From NCBI GenBank assembly GCA_035703635.1, contig DASSXV010000037.1, positions 1-39,951 on the forward strand: a stretch of DNA of 39,951 bases, read 5' to 3'. A program made the position numbers and the translations under genes. This document shows positions 1 through 9,059 of this stretch, in pieces. Source of the stretch: Trueperaceae bacterium. GTDB taxonomy: Bacteria; Deinococcota; Deinococci; Deinococcales; Trueperaceae. A model generated the notes under the pieces. That model ran no database searches. It worked only from the letters and a program-made list of their open reading frames with translations, and was not told the DNA's origin. The stretch's first letter is position 1. Each line of letters opens with the position of its first letter.

Positions 1-7
1 CAATCCC

Positions 8-37
8 TTGACGCGCACTGCTAGGGTTTCATACACT
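8..37 (+). promoter_or_regulatory. sigma70-type promoter for the tRNA-Gln pair
   Basis: TTGACG (8-13), 18-bp spacer, TACACT (32-37), 26 bp upstream of the first tRNA. Confidence 0.7.
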
Positions 38-63
38 CCCAGATGCGCCTTGGGCAGCCGTGG

Positions 64-137
64 TGGCCCATCGTCTAATGGCAGGACAGCGGATTCTGGT
101 TCCGCCGGTCTAGGTTCGAGTCCTAGTGGGCCAGCCA
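64..137 (+). tRNA. tRNA-Gln, anticodon CTG
   Basis: Cloverleaf: acceptor TGGCCCA/TGGGCCA, anticodon arm GCGGA-TTCTGGT-TCCGC, T arm CTAGG-TTCGAGT-CCTAG, encoded CCA. Confidence 0.97.
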
Positions 138-216
138 AACGCACCACACCAAACCGGCAAGGCACTCCGGCGAGGCAGCACGGCGCGACTGTAGTAGTTA
201 GAGCAGCACCAGACGT

Positions 217-290
217 TGGCCCATCGTCTAACGGCAGGACACCCGGTTTTGGTCCGGTCGGTCGGAGTTCGAATCTCTGTGGGCCAGCCA
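217..290 (+). tRNA. tRNA-Gln, anticodon TTG
   Basis: Same acceptor stem as the first tRNA, anticodon loop TTTTGGT, T arm CGGAG-TTCGAAT-CTCTG, encoded CCA. Confidence 0.96.
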
Positions 291-292
291 AG

Positions 293-321
293 ACGCCTCC
301 CTTGCGGGAGGCGTTCTTATT
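293..321 (+). terminator. Intrinsic terminator after the tRNAs, possibly bidirectional with the convergent hbd
   Basis: ACGCCTCCC-TTGC-GGGAGGCGT followed by TCTTATT. Confidence 0.8.
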
Positions 322-322
322 G

Positions 323-1183
323 CTAACGCGGCCCTTCGTAGTCGTAGAAGCCGCCCCCAGACTTCCTCCCGAGCCGGCCCGCCTCGACGAGCTTGCGCAA
401 CGTCTGTGGCGCCAGGAAGCGGTCGCCTAACGCGCCACGCATGCTTTCTGCGATCAGCAGCATGGTGTCTAGGCCGATGTAGTCTGCCAGCTCGAGCGGC
501 CCCATCGGATGGTTCAGGCCGAGCTTGACGGCCGTATCGATGTCTGGCTTGGTGGCGACCCCCTCCTCTAGCATGCGCATGCTCTCGAGAAGCAACGCCG
601 CCAGCGCACGGGTCGTGACGAAGCCTGCCCTGTCCTCGACGACGACGGTCGTCTTCCCGCAGCTGCTCGCCAGCGAGAGGGTCGCCGCGAGGGTCGCTTC
701 CGACGTCTGCACTGCCCGCACGACCTCGACGAGCACCATGCGCTCTGGCGGGTTGAACCAGTGCATGCCCACGACTTGCGAGGCGCGCAGCGTGGCGCCA
801 GCGATGGCGGTGACGGAGAGTTCGCTGGTGTTGCTTGCCAGCACCGCGTGGGCTGGCGCTGGCTCGTGGAGGCGCGCGAACAGTTCGCGCTTGAGCTCGA
901 GTACTTCGGGCACGGCCTCGATCACGAAGTCCGCGGCCGCCACCGCCTCCGCGAGGTCGGTGGTGAGCGTCAAGCGGCCAGCGGCTACCGCCTCGGCCGC
1001 GCGCCTGTGCGCCCGTTCGCGCGCTCTGGTGAGTGCGTCGGCGCGCGTGTCGTAAAGCGCAACGTGGTGGCCGGCCAGCAACAGACTCGTTGCTATGCCG
1101 CCACCCATCGTGCCTGCGCCAACCACCGTTACGTTCTGGGGCAGGGTGGCGTCTGCGTTCAGTTCGGTGTTCGAGGTCGTCAT
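323..1183 (-). CDS. hbd: 3-hydroxybutyryl-CoA / 3-hydroxyacyl-CoA dehydrogenase
   Basis: VVGAGTMGGGIA Rossmann motif, VIEAVPE, LASNTS, GMHWFNP, HPMGPLELADYIGLD, GRLGRKSGGGFYDY. Confidence 0.9.
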   Translation of the reverse strand: MTTSNTELNADATLPQNVTVVGAGTMGGGIATSLLLAGHHVALYDTRADALTRARERAHRRAAEAVAAGRLTLTTDLAEAVAAADFVIEAVPEVLELKRELFARLHEPAPAHAVLASNTSELSVTAIAGATLRASQVVGMHWFNPPERMVLVEVVRAVQTSEATLAATLSLASSCGKTTVVVEDRAGFVTTRALAALLLESMRMLEEGVATKPDIDTAVKLGLNHPMGPLELADYIGLDTMLLIAESMRGALGDRFLAPQTLRKLVEAGRLGRKSGGGFYDYEGPR

Positions 1184-2034
1184 CTCGTGGTGCTCCCATC
1201 CGGAGCGCTCGCTCCGCTACTAGAAACGTTGTTCGCCGCAAGCGGGGCGTAGAGGTCGTAACGCACGGTTCTGCCGCGCAAGCTGCCACTCGGCGCCAGC
1301 TTCCCGAGCGGCTCCCCTCTTAGCGGGCGCTTGACGACTACGCGGCGCGAGGCATGGGCGCGCGCGGCAGCAAGCAACGTGGCGTCTTCCGCCTGCGCGG
1401 CGGCGGGGTCTCTCTGCTGCTCGAGGCGCAACGTGTTCATGCCCTTACCCGTCAGGCCTCGCCCCGACTTACTTGGGAACATCGGGTCTAGGTAGACGAT
1501 GGCGGTACTCGCCTGCATGGACGCGAGGTAGTCACGCGCGTCTCCCTCGACGAGCGTCACGCGCCCGGCTGCTGCGGCGGCCGTGGCGCCGAGTTCGCCG
1601 GCGAGCGCGCGGCTTAGGGCGTCCTCCAGGAGTACGGCCAACAGCGGCTCGCGCTCGATCATGACGACGCGGTGCCCTAACGCCGCCAGATGGAAGCCGT
1701 CGGCACCCAGCCCGGCGGTCGCGTCCACCACGCCCGGCGGCCCACCAGGTTGGCCGGTAAGCAGCGCGCGCGCGAGGAGGTCGCGGCCAGGCAACAGCGC
1801 GCTGGCCAGCTTGGCGGTGGCGGCGGTGACGCGCACGGCGCCGGCTGAGCGGATGGCCAGACCAGCGGAGGAAACCTCCAGGGCCGCTGCGCTTGGGTCG
1901 GCTTGGACGGCGTCGGCGGCGATGAACTCGAGGCCGAGGCGCTCCGCCAGCGTGGCCGCTCGCGCCGCGGCGGGCACGTCAAGTGCCACCACCCTCGACA
2001 CCACGCCCCTCGTCTGGCCATCCAAGGCACTCAT
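1180..2034 (-). CDS. rsmJ: RsmJ/YhiQ-like 16S rRNA m2G1516 SAM-dependent methyltransferase
   Basis: VVDATAGLGADG, IERE, VYLDPMFP, RRVVVKRP, GRTVRYDLY; 4-bp overlap with hbd. Confidence 0.8.
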   Translation of the reverse strand: MSALDGQTRGVVSRVVALDVPAAARAATLAERLGLEFIAADAVQADPSAAALEVSSAGLAIRSAGAVRVTAATAKLASALLPGRDLLARALLTGQPGGPPGVVDATAGLGADGFHLAALGHRVVMIEREPLLAVLLEDALSRALAGELGATAAAAAGRVTLVEGDARDYLASMQASTAIVYLDPMFPSKSGRGLTGKGMNTLRLEQQRDPAAAQAEDATLLAAARAHASRRVVVKRPLRGEPLGKLAPSGSLRGRTVRYDLYAPLAANNVSSSGASAPDGSTTR

Positions 2035-2148
2035 ACGCTCGATGCTACCGCTCCGTGGTCCAGCGCTGGCTGGCGTCTGGTTAGCCGCTCAGCGCCGGTC
2101 GAGACGGCGCGTGTGACGCTCACCAGCATCCAACCCCCCGTCACTTCG

Positions 2149-2157
2149 TGCTACGAT
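2149..2157 (+). promoter_or_regulatory. Extended -10 promoter for gabT
   Basis: TG-C-TACGAT about 165 nt upstream of the ATG; SD AGGAGG at 2311-2316. Confidence 0.5.
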
Positions 2158-2321
2158 TCATCGGACGCAAGGCGCTTCTGGCTACGAAATCAAGAAGGCG
2201 TTGCCATCTCACCTTGGATGCTTTCGGAAACCGTCCGGAACACCTAAGCATCAACGGTCGAGCGCGGCCACTGCCCGGGCCAGCCTAGCCGCTGGAAAGG
2301 TCGAGCGCCAAGGAGGTCGGA

Positions 2322-3638
2322 ATGAACAACAAGGAACTAGCCCAACGCCGCCAGGCTGCGGTAACGCCAGCCGCACAGAGCGTGCACCCCATCTACCCCG
2401 TTCGCGGCAAGGGCAGCTACGTGTGGGACGCGGACGGCAAGAAGTTCCTCGACTTCTCCGCCGGCATCGCCGTCATGAACCTCGGACACTCGCACCCCAA
2501 GGTGCTCGAGGCCGTCAAGCGCTCCGTGGACGAGTTCCAGCACCTGTGCTTCGCCGTCGGCATGCACCCTTCGTACATCGAGCTGGCGGAGCGCCTCAAC
2601 GCCATCGCGCCCGGCCCAACGCCGAAGAAGACGTTCCTCGTCAACTCGGGCGCAGAAGCCGTCGAGAACACCGTCAAGATCGCGCGGGCGTACACCAAGC
2701 GCGCTGGCATCGTAGCGTTCACCCACGCGTTCCACGGCCGCACCTACATGGCCATGTCGCTGACGAACAAGGCCGACCCGTACAAGACGGGCTTCGTTCT
2801 GCGCGCCGCCGAGATCTACCGCGCCGAGTACCCGTACCACTTCCGCAACCCCTGGGGCGCGCGGACCGTGGAGGAGACCGGCGAAGCGGCGTTGAAGGCG
2901 CTCAGGAACCAAGTCAAGTACACCATCGGCGAGAGCGAAGTGGCTGCCTTCCTCCTGGAGCCAGTAGTTGGCGAAGGCGGCTTCATCCCCGCGCCAAGCA
3001 ACTTCCTCGCTGGCCTGCGCGAGTACGCCGATAAGATCGGCGCACTCTGGATCGACGACGAGGTCCAAACTGGCCTCGGCCGCACGGGCAGGACCTGGGC
3101 CGTCGATCACTACGGCTTAGAACCGGACCTCGTGGCCACCGCCAAGGGCCTGGGCTCCGGCTTCCCCATCGCGGCCGCCATCGGCAAGGCCCACATCATG
3201 GACGCTCTCAAACCCGGCATGCTCGGCACCACCTTCGGCGGCAACCCGACTAGCTGCGCGGCCGCCATAGCCACCCTCGACGTCATGCAACAAGAGGACA
3301 TCGCTGACAACGCCGCCCGCCTCGGAGAGGTCGCTCATGCGCGCCTGACCGCCCTCAAGCAGCGCCATCACGGCATCGGTGAAGTGCGCGGGCTCGGCAT
3401 CATGCTCGGCATCGAGTTCGTTGGCGCCGACGGCATCAGCCCGGACGGAGCGACCGTCGACGCGCTCGTTGCGGAAGCGCGCAACCAGGGCCTCATCCTC
3501 CTCTCCACCGGCACGTACGGCAACGTCATCCGCCTACTGCCGCCACTCACGATGAGCGAGGACGAACTGGTCGCAGGCCTCGAGATCATCGAATCCGCGC
3601 TCGAGAAGGTCTCTGGCAAACTGCCAGTCAACGCCTGA
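2322..3638 (+). CDS. gabT: 4-aminobutyrate aminotransferase-like class III PLP aminotransferase
   Basis: LDFSAGIAVMNLGH, NSGAEAVEN, AFHGRT, EPVVGEGG, DEVQTGLGRTG, AKGLGSG (PLP Lys), TFGGNP. Confidence 0.88.
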   Translation: MNNKELAQRRQAAVTPAAQSVHPIYPVRGKGSYVWDADGKKFLDFSAGIAVMNLGHSHPKVLEAVKRSVDEFQHLCFAVGMHPSYIELAERLNAIAPGPTPKKTFLVNSGAEAVENTVKIARAYTKRAGIVAFTHAFHGRTYMAMSLTNKADPYKTGFVLRAAEIYRAEYPYHFRNPWGARTVEETGEAALKALRNQVKYTIGESEVAAFLLEPVVGEGGFIPAPSNFLAGLREYADKIGALWIDDEVQTGLGRTGRTWAVDHYGLEPDLVATAKGLGSGFPIAAAIGKAHIMDALKPGMLGTTFGGNPTSCAAAIATLDVMQQEDIADNAARLGEVAHARLTALKQRHHGIGEVRGLGIMLGIEFVGADGISPDGATVDALVAEARNQGLILLSTGTYGNVIRLLPPLTMSEDELVAGLEIIESALEKVSGKLPVNA

Positions 3639-3654
3639 GCGGAACATGAACTGA

Positions 3655-3692
3655 CGAGGCGCGCGGCCCCGATGTTGGGGCCGCGCGCCTCG
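3655..3692. terminator. Strong hairpin between the convergent gabT and sulfurtransferase genes
   Basis: 16-bp perfect inverted repeat CGAGGCGCGCGGCCCC / GGGGCCGCGCGCCTCG with a 6-nt loop. Confidence 0.75.
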
Positions 3693-3710
3693 CTCGCTAA
3701 CGCCAGTCGC

Positions 3711-4589
3711 TTAAGGCTCGCGACCCTGCTTGATGGGAACGCCGACGAGGTTGCCCCACTCGGTCCACGAGCCGTCGTAGTTGCGCACCCGCGGGTAACC
3801 GAGGAGGTAGCGCAGCACGAACCACGTGTGGCTCGAGCGTTCCGCGATGCGGCAGTACGTCACGATGTCCTGGTGGCGTCCGACCCCGGCCTCACCGTAA
3901 ACGGCGGCCAGCTCCGCCACGCTCTTGAAAGTGCCGTCGGCGTTCGCCGCCTTGGACCACGGCACGTTGCTTGCGCCAGGGATGTGGCCGCCGCGCTGGG
4001 CCCCCTCCTGCGGGTAGTCAGGCATGTGCAGCTTCTCGCCCGTGTACTCGGCCTCCGAGCGTACGTCCACCAGCGCACCCTTGCCTTGCGCCACGCTGAG
4101 CAGGTGCTGTATCACCTCTGGCGCGAACGCCCTGATGGTGGCATCGCGGTACTTAACTTCGTACTCGCCCTTGGAAACAGTCGGCACGGTCGTTTCGAGG
4201 GCGCGGCCCTCGGCGACCCATTTCTGCCGCCCGCCGTTCATGAGCCGCACGTCAGCGTGACCGTTGTACTTGAAGAACCAGAAAGCGTAAGCCGCCCACC
4301 AGTTCGACTTGTCGCCGTACAGCACGACGGTCGTGTCATTGCTGACACCCTTGTCCGCCATCAAAGACGCGAAGCCTTCTGGCCCGATGAAGTCGCGAAC
4401 GTCTAGGCGCTGCAGCTCAGTCAACCAGTCGAGCTTGAGGGCGCCTGGCACGTGGCCCTGGTCGTAAAGAAGAACGTCCTCGTCCACCTCGAAGATGCGG
4501 ATGTTGGAGCCTTGCGGGTGGGCGTCCACCCACTCGGTGCTGACGAGCACCTCGGGGTGAGCGTAGTTACCGGAGCCAGCTTTACTCAT
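3711..4589 (-). CDS. Tandem-domain rhodanese sulfurtransferase (CysA/SseA/TtuD-like)
   Basis: [24 protein letters not shown], active site [18 protein letters not shown]. Confidence 0.92.
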   Translation of the reverse strand: MSKAGSGNYAHPEVLVSTEWVDAHPQGSNIRIFEVDEDVLLYDQGHVPGALKLDWLTELQRLDVRDFIGPEGFASLMADKGVSNDTTVVLYGDKSNWWAAYAFWFFKYNGHADVRLMNGGRQKWVAEGRALETTVPTVSKGEYEVKYRDATIRAFAPEVIQHLLSVAQGKGALVDVRSEAEYTGEKLHMPDYPQEGAQRGGHIPGASNVPWSKAANADGTFKSVAELAAVYGEAGVGRHQDIVTYCRIAERSSHTWFVLRYLLGYPRVRNYDGSWTEWGNLVGVPIKQGREP

Positions 4590-4684
4590 TCAATCCTCCG
4601 TTCCCCACATGCTAACCGCACGCCACCCGCGGGCCGCCGCCGCGCGACGACTTTCCGGCCCGTGACCGGCGCTATACTCGCGTG

Positions 4685-5380
4685 ATGCCCTCAGTCCGGC
4701 TTGCTCCATCCATCCTCTCGGCCGACTTCGCGCGCCTAGGCGAGGCCGTCGCCGCCATCGCAGCCGCAGGCGCTGACCTGGTGCACGTCGACGTGATGGA
4801 CGGGCACTTCGTTCCGAACATCTCCATCGGGCCGGCAGTCGTCGCCGCCGTCAAGCGTTCCTGCGACTTGCCCCTCGACGTCCACCTCATGATCTCGCAG
4901 CCGGAGCGTTACGTTCCCGACTTCGTCGACGCTGGCGCAGACTGGGTAACGGTTCACGCGGAGGCCAGCGTTCACCTCCACCGCCTCCTCACCCAGATCC
5001 GCGAGTCAGGCGCCAAGGTCGGGCTCGCCCTCAACCCGCTCACGCCCCTTGCGGTCCTAGAAGCGGCCTTGCCTTACCTCGACCAGGCCCTCGTGATGAG
5101 CGTCAACCCGGGCTTCGGCGGCCAGTCGTTCATCCCTGCTTCGGTCGCTAGGGTCGAGGCCGTCAAGCGCATGCGTGACCGCATCAATCCCAACTGCCAG
5201 ATCGAGGTAGACGGCGGAGTGAACGTCAAGACCGCGCCGCTCCTCGCTGCCGCGGGAGCGGATGTGCTCGTGGCGGGCAGCGCGGTGTTCGGCGGTCACG
5301 GCACGGTAGGCGAGAACATCGCGGCTCTGCGAGCGGCAGCTAACCAACAAGACCAACCCGCGGCCACGCCGAGGGGTTAA
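4685..5380 (+). CDS. rpe: Ribulose-phosphate 3-epimerase
   Basis: APSILSADF, HVDVMDGHFVPN, DVHLM, MSVNPGFGGQ, EVDGG; ATG 6 nt after TATACT (leaderless). Confidence 0.96.
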   Translation: MPSVRLAPSILSADFARLGEAVAAIAAAGADLVHVDVMDGHFVPNISIGPAVVAAVKRSCDLPLDVHLMISQPERYVPDFVDAGADWVTVHAEASVHLHRLLTQIRESGAKVGLALNPLTPLAVLEAALPYLDQALVMSVNPGFGGQSFIPASVARVEAVKRMRDRINPNCQIEVDGGVNVKTAPLLAAAGADVLVAGSAVFGGHGTVGENIAALRAAANQQDQPAATPRG

Positions 5381-5395
5381 GCGCCAGGCGGGGCC

Positions 5396-6349
5396 TCAGG
5401 CAGCGACGTGAAAGCGGCCAAGGGACCGGAAACGCCGGTAGCGCGCCTCGAGTAGCTGTTCTGGCGTCAGGGGCGTTAGCTGCGCTAGTTCCTCGACCAG
5501 CGCGACCTTGACTAGTTCCATGGCGGCCTCGCGGTGATTGTGCGCGGCGCCAAGCGGCTCGTCTATCACGCGGTCGACGACGCCGAGCGTGACGAGGTCG
5601 CGGGCGGTCAAGCGCAGCGCCTCCGCGGCCTTCTCCGCCTCGCCGGCGTCGCGCCACAGGATGGCGGCGCAAGACTCAGGGCTGATGACGGAGTAGATGG
5701 CGTTCTCCAAGATGAGCACGCGGTTGGCAACGCCGATCGCCAACGCGCCGCCAGACCCACCCTCGCCGATCACCACGCTGATGGCCGGCACCGTCAGGCG
5801 GCTCATGCGCCTGATGCTCTCGGCGATGACCCACGCCTGGCCCTGCTCCTCCGCAGCCAGACCGGGGTACGCGCCCGGAGTGTCGATGAGGGCGACGACC
5901 GGCAGGCGGAACTTGTCCGCCAAGTCGAACATGCGCATGGCTTTGCGGTAACCACTAGGGTGGCTCATGCCGAAGTTGCGGTAGATGTTCTCTTTCGTGT
6001 CGCGGCCCTTCTGCTGGGCGATGACGGCCACGCTTACGTCGCCGAGCCGCGCTAGGCCAGTGACGATGGCGGGGTCGTCGCCGAGCGTGCGGTCGCCATG
6101 CAGCTCGGTGAAGCCATCGAAGGTGTGCTGCAGGTAGTCGAGCCCCGTCGGCCTGCCTGGAGCTCGCGCTACTTGCACGCGTTGCCAGCGCGTTAGGCTC
6201 GCGTACGTCTCGCGCTTCAGGGTATCAAGGCGCCCTTGCAGCGCCTCGATTTCGCTGCCAAGGTCGAGCTCCTGCTCAGTGGCGTACGCCCGCATGTCGC
6301 GGATCTTGGCTTCTAGGTCGTCTATCGGCTTCTCAAACGGCAGCGGCAC
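5396..6349 (-). CDS. accA: Acetyl-CoA carboxylase carboxyltransferase alpha subunit
   Basis: [53 protein letters not shown] start chosen after a GAGGGGG SD. Confidence 0.95.
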   Translation of the reverse strand: MPLPFEKPIDDLEAKIRDMRAYATEQELDLGSEIEALQGRLDTLKRETYASLTRWQRVQVARAPGRPTGLDYLQHTFDGFTELHGDRTLGDDPAIVTGLARLGDVSVAVIAQQKGRDTKENIYRNFGMSHPSGYRKAMRMFDLADKFRLPVVALIDTPGAYPGLAAEEQGQAWVIAESIRRMSRLTVPAISVVIGEGGSGGALAIGVANRVLILENAIYSVISPESCAAILWRDAGEAEKAAEALRLTARDLVTLGVVDRVIDEPLGAAHNHREAAMELVKVALVEELAQLTPLTPEQLLEARYRRFRSLGRFHVAA

Positions 6350-7220
6350 GCGCCACCCCCTCGACATGCGCAGGTAAGCCGCTCGTCAAGAGCTTCAGTA
6401 CCTCGACGACGCGCTCCTTGAGGGCGCGGCGGTCGACCACGTCGTCGACCATGCCCTTCTGCAACAGGAACTCGGCTCGTTGAAAGCCGTCAGGCAAGTC
6501 CTGCCTGATCGTCTGCTGGATGACGCGCGGGCCAGCGAACGAGATGAGAGCGCCTGGCTCCGCGAAGATGATGTCGCCGAGGGTCGCGAACGACGCCGTA
6601 ACGCCGCCCGTCGTTGGATCGGTCAACACGCTGACGTACGGAAGGCGCCTCTTCGCCAAGACCTCGAGGGCAACCGTCGTCTTGGCCATCTGCATGAGTG
6701 ACAGTGCGCCCTCCTGCATCCGCGCACCACCGGAAGCCGTGATGGCAACCAGCGCCCGTCCCTCATCCGCGGCGCGCTCGGCGGCGCGAGCTATCTCCTC
6801 GCCGACGACAGAGCCCATCGAACCGGCCATGAAGAAGAAGTCCATGATCACTAGCGCGACCGGCTGCCCGCCCATGCGCGCAGCGCCAGTGACGATAGCG
6901 TCTGGGCGCCCCTGCTTCTGTTGCGCCTTCTGCAGGCGCTCGGCGTACGGTTGGGCGTCGTTGAACTCGAGCGGGTCCTCAGGTTCGATGCCGCCAGACC
7001 ACTGCTCGAACGTCCCGCTGTCGGCTAGCAGCGCGATGCGCGCCTCGACCGGCATGCGGTAATGGTGCCCGCATTCCGGGCAGATGTAGGTGTTGGCTAC
7101 GAGGTCTTTGCGGTAGATCTGGGCGTTACAGCTCTCGCACTTCAGCCACAATCCAGCTGGGCTGTTGTCGTCCTCGTTCTTGGTGGGGCGGTTCCGGCGG
7201 AACCAACGCTCAAGCGCCAT
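6333..7220 (-). CDS. accD: Acetyl-CoA carboxylase carboxyltransferase beta subunit
   Basis: Zn finger CESC...[47 protein letters not shown]. Confidence 0.96.
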   Translation of the reverse strand: MALERWFRRNRPTKNEDDNSPAGLWLKCESCNAQIYRKDLVANTYICPECGHHYRMPVEARIALLADSGTFEQWSGGIEPEDPLEFNDAQPYAERLQKAQQKQGRPDAIVTGAARMGGQPVALVIMDFFFMAGSMGSVVGEEIARAAERAADEGRALVAITASGGARMQEGALSLMQMAKTTVALEVLAKRRLPYVSVLTDPTTGGVTASFATLGDIIFAEPGALISFAGPRVIQQTIRQDLPDGFQRAEFLLQKGMVDDVVDRRALKERVVEVLKLLTSGLPAHVEGVARAAAV

Positions 7221-7280
7221 CGCCACTCCCACAGCACTCGTGGCGCGCAGCTAGCGTGATTGAACAATACGTCACGCCGC

Positions 7281-7289
7281 ATGATAGCA
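7281..7289 (-). promoter_or_regulatory. Extended -10 promoter for accDA
   Basis: Minus strand TG-C-TATCAT, 60 nt upstream of the accD ATG. Confidence 0.55.
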
Positions 7290-7402
7290 GCCGCGCGCGC
7301 GTCTCCTGCCGCGACGCACTGCCCAATGGCGCACCGGATCGCCCCATCATGGGAGGCGCGACCGCGAGCGTGCGAGGCACGGGAGCGAGTGGCGCACGGC
7401 GC

Positions 7403-7855
7403 TTACGGCTCCAAGGCCATGCTTGCGGCCTCATCGCTCGTGGCCGCAGAGCGCTGTTCGGCGACTTCGGACGATGCGCTGGTATGCGGCCCGCTCGGCG
7501 GCTGGCTCGTCATGTCGCTCCTGCCCGTGAAGATCGCGCCGTCCTCGATGTCCAACGCCGCCGCCCTGACATCGCCGACGAGCTCTCCTCCACGCCAGAT
7601 CTCGACCTTACCGCTGGCCTCGAGGAGGCCGACGGTGACTCTGCCGATGATCTTCACCTCGTCAGCTACCAGGGTGTCGCAAGCGACCACGCCGGACTCT
7701 GCGACCTCGAGAACGCCCTTGACGCTCACGTCACCATTGACCGTTCCGTGGACGCGCACGCGGCCAGTTGCCGTCACCTTGCCCTCGATGATGGTGTCGC
7801 GGTGGACGTACGTGAACGGCTCCTGCGCCGGCGTTGGCTTGACTCTCTTGAACAT
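7403..7855 (-). CDS. Bactofilin (polymer-forming cytoskeletal protein, CcmA family)
   Basis: Beta-helix repeats TIIEGKV..GRVRVHGTVNGDV..GKVEI..GELVGDV..LDIEDGAIFTG; SD AGGGAGG before the ATG at 7855. Confidence 0.88.
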   Translation of the reverse strand: MFKRVKPTPAQEPFTYVHRDTIIEGKVTATGRVRVHGTVNGDVSVKGVLEVAESGVVACDTLVADEVKIIGRVTVGLLEASGKVEIWRGGELVGDVRAAALDIEDGAIFTGRSDMTSQPPSGPHTSASSEVAEQRSAATSDEAASMALEP

Positions 7856-7928
7856 CCGACCTCCCTTATCTCGAGGACCTGTCGTGGGCGCAGTTGAGGG
7901 CACCCCTGGTGCGTCGTATCCTACGGGA

Positions 7929-9053
7929 ATGGAAAGCGCCAAGGTCGTCCTCGTCACCAACGTCGGAATGGGCTACGGCCGCGCCGTAGCGCTGGCGTAC
8001 GGGCGCTCCAAGTACCACGTCGTCTGCGCCGACCGCGACGTGGAACTCGCCTCCAAGACCGCGGCAGAGATCGAGGAGCTCGGCGGTCAGGCCATCCCCA
8101 TCCAGACCGACATGACCACGCAGATGGACGTGCTCGGCGCGTATCACAAGGTCATGGAGATCTTCGGAGCGCTTGGTGGAGTAGTGCACCTTGCCTCGCA
8201 AGTTAGCACTACGCCGTTCGAAGACCTCGGCGAAGGCGAGTTCTTCGAGCTCATGGCCGAGAACGTCCGCTCCACCTACCTCGCGCTCAAGGTCGCCGCC
8301 CGCCTCCTGCCTGGCGGCTGGGTAGTGGTCGTCGCGCCGCCAACGCTAGGTTCCGTGCAGATGAGCGCCGTGCAAGGCGCCATCAAAGAGATGGTGCTCG
8401 GCTTCCGCGACCGCTTCGCCCACCCACGCGTGAACCTCGTCCTGCCGTCGCGCGCGCCTTCCGACCCGCGCCACGACCAGACCCTCGTTCGCGCCGTGCG
8501 CTTCCTCGGCTCGCCTGAAGCAACTGGCTTAAGCGGGCAAGTGTTCGACGTCGAGTTGCCGCAACCGCCGCGCCTGACGGAGAACCTCCTGCCTGAGGTG
8601 CGCGCTGCGCTCGACTCCTCCGTGCGCCAGTCCGAGCACGACCACTGGAGCGCGTGGCTAGATGAGGACGAGGCGGAAGACGCCGCCGCCATGCTCGCCG
8701 CCCCCGGCGTCCGCTGGCCCAACCGCGCGAACCACGAGCACGCGGCCGCCGACTTGGCCGAGAGCTACGGCGAGGAGCAAGAAGCCGCGCAGGACGCCGA
8801 ATACGACCTGGAGTACGAGTCTGACGACTGGGCTGACGACCTCGGCCTGCCAGAAGGGCCCGCGCTGCGCCACCTCGTCGCAGAGGAGGGCGACGCGCCC
8901 TCCGAGTCGCACTCGTACGCCTCTGGCGTCGAGCCCGCCATAGACCTGTACGGCGACCTGCGGCGCCTAGTCGGCCCAGCGCAAGACGACGACGCCGCAG
9001 TGCAAGGCGACGACAACGCGACTTGGCCCTTCAGCCCGCGCCGCATCCACTAA
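7929..9053 (+). CDS. Atypical SDR-fold protein with a long acidic C-terminal extension
   Basis: KVVLVTNVGMGYGRAVA Rossmann start, ADRD, TDMT; no YxxxK motif; D/E-rich tail. ATG is 6 nt after TATCCT. Confidence 0.8.
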   Translation: MESAKVVLVTNVGMGYGRAVALAYGRSKYHVVCADRDVELASKTAAEIEELGGQAIPIQTDMTTQMDVLGAYHKVMEIFGALGGVVHLASQVSTTPFEDLGEGEFFELMAENVRSTYLALKVAARLLPGGWVVVVAPPTLGSVQMSAVQGAIKEMVLGFRDRFAHPRVNLVLPSRAPSDPRHDQTLVRAVRFLGSPEATGLSGQVFDVELPQPPRLTENLLPEVRAALDSSVRQSEHDHWSAWLDEDEAEDAAAMLAAPGVRWPNRANHEHAAADLAESYGEEQEAAQDAEYDLEYESDDWADDLGLPEGPALRHLVAEEGDAPSESHSYASGVEPAIDLYGDLRRLVGPAQDDDAAVQGDDNATWPFSPRRIH

Positions 9054-9059
9054 ACAGCC

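Noticed and set aside
242-258. C-U mismatch at the top of the tRNA-Gln(TTG) anticodon stem
   Set aside because: 27-43 mismatches occur in functional tRNAs and the rest of the cloverleaf is intact, so it is not a pseudogene
64-290. Direct repeats resembling a CRISPR array or att site
   Set aside because: Explained by tandem tRNA-Gln paralogues; there is no integrase and no third repeat
8-430. 140-aa ORF with an internal repeat (GPSSNGRT twice)
   Set aside because: It is a translation through the two similar tRNA-Gln genes
7260-7928. N-terminal 223 aa of the 597-aa ORF as a fusion domain
   Set aside because: Antisense shadow of bactofilin; the true SDR start is the ATG at 7929 after TATCCT
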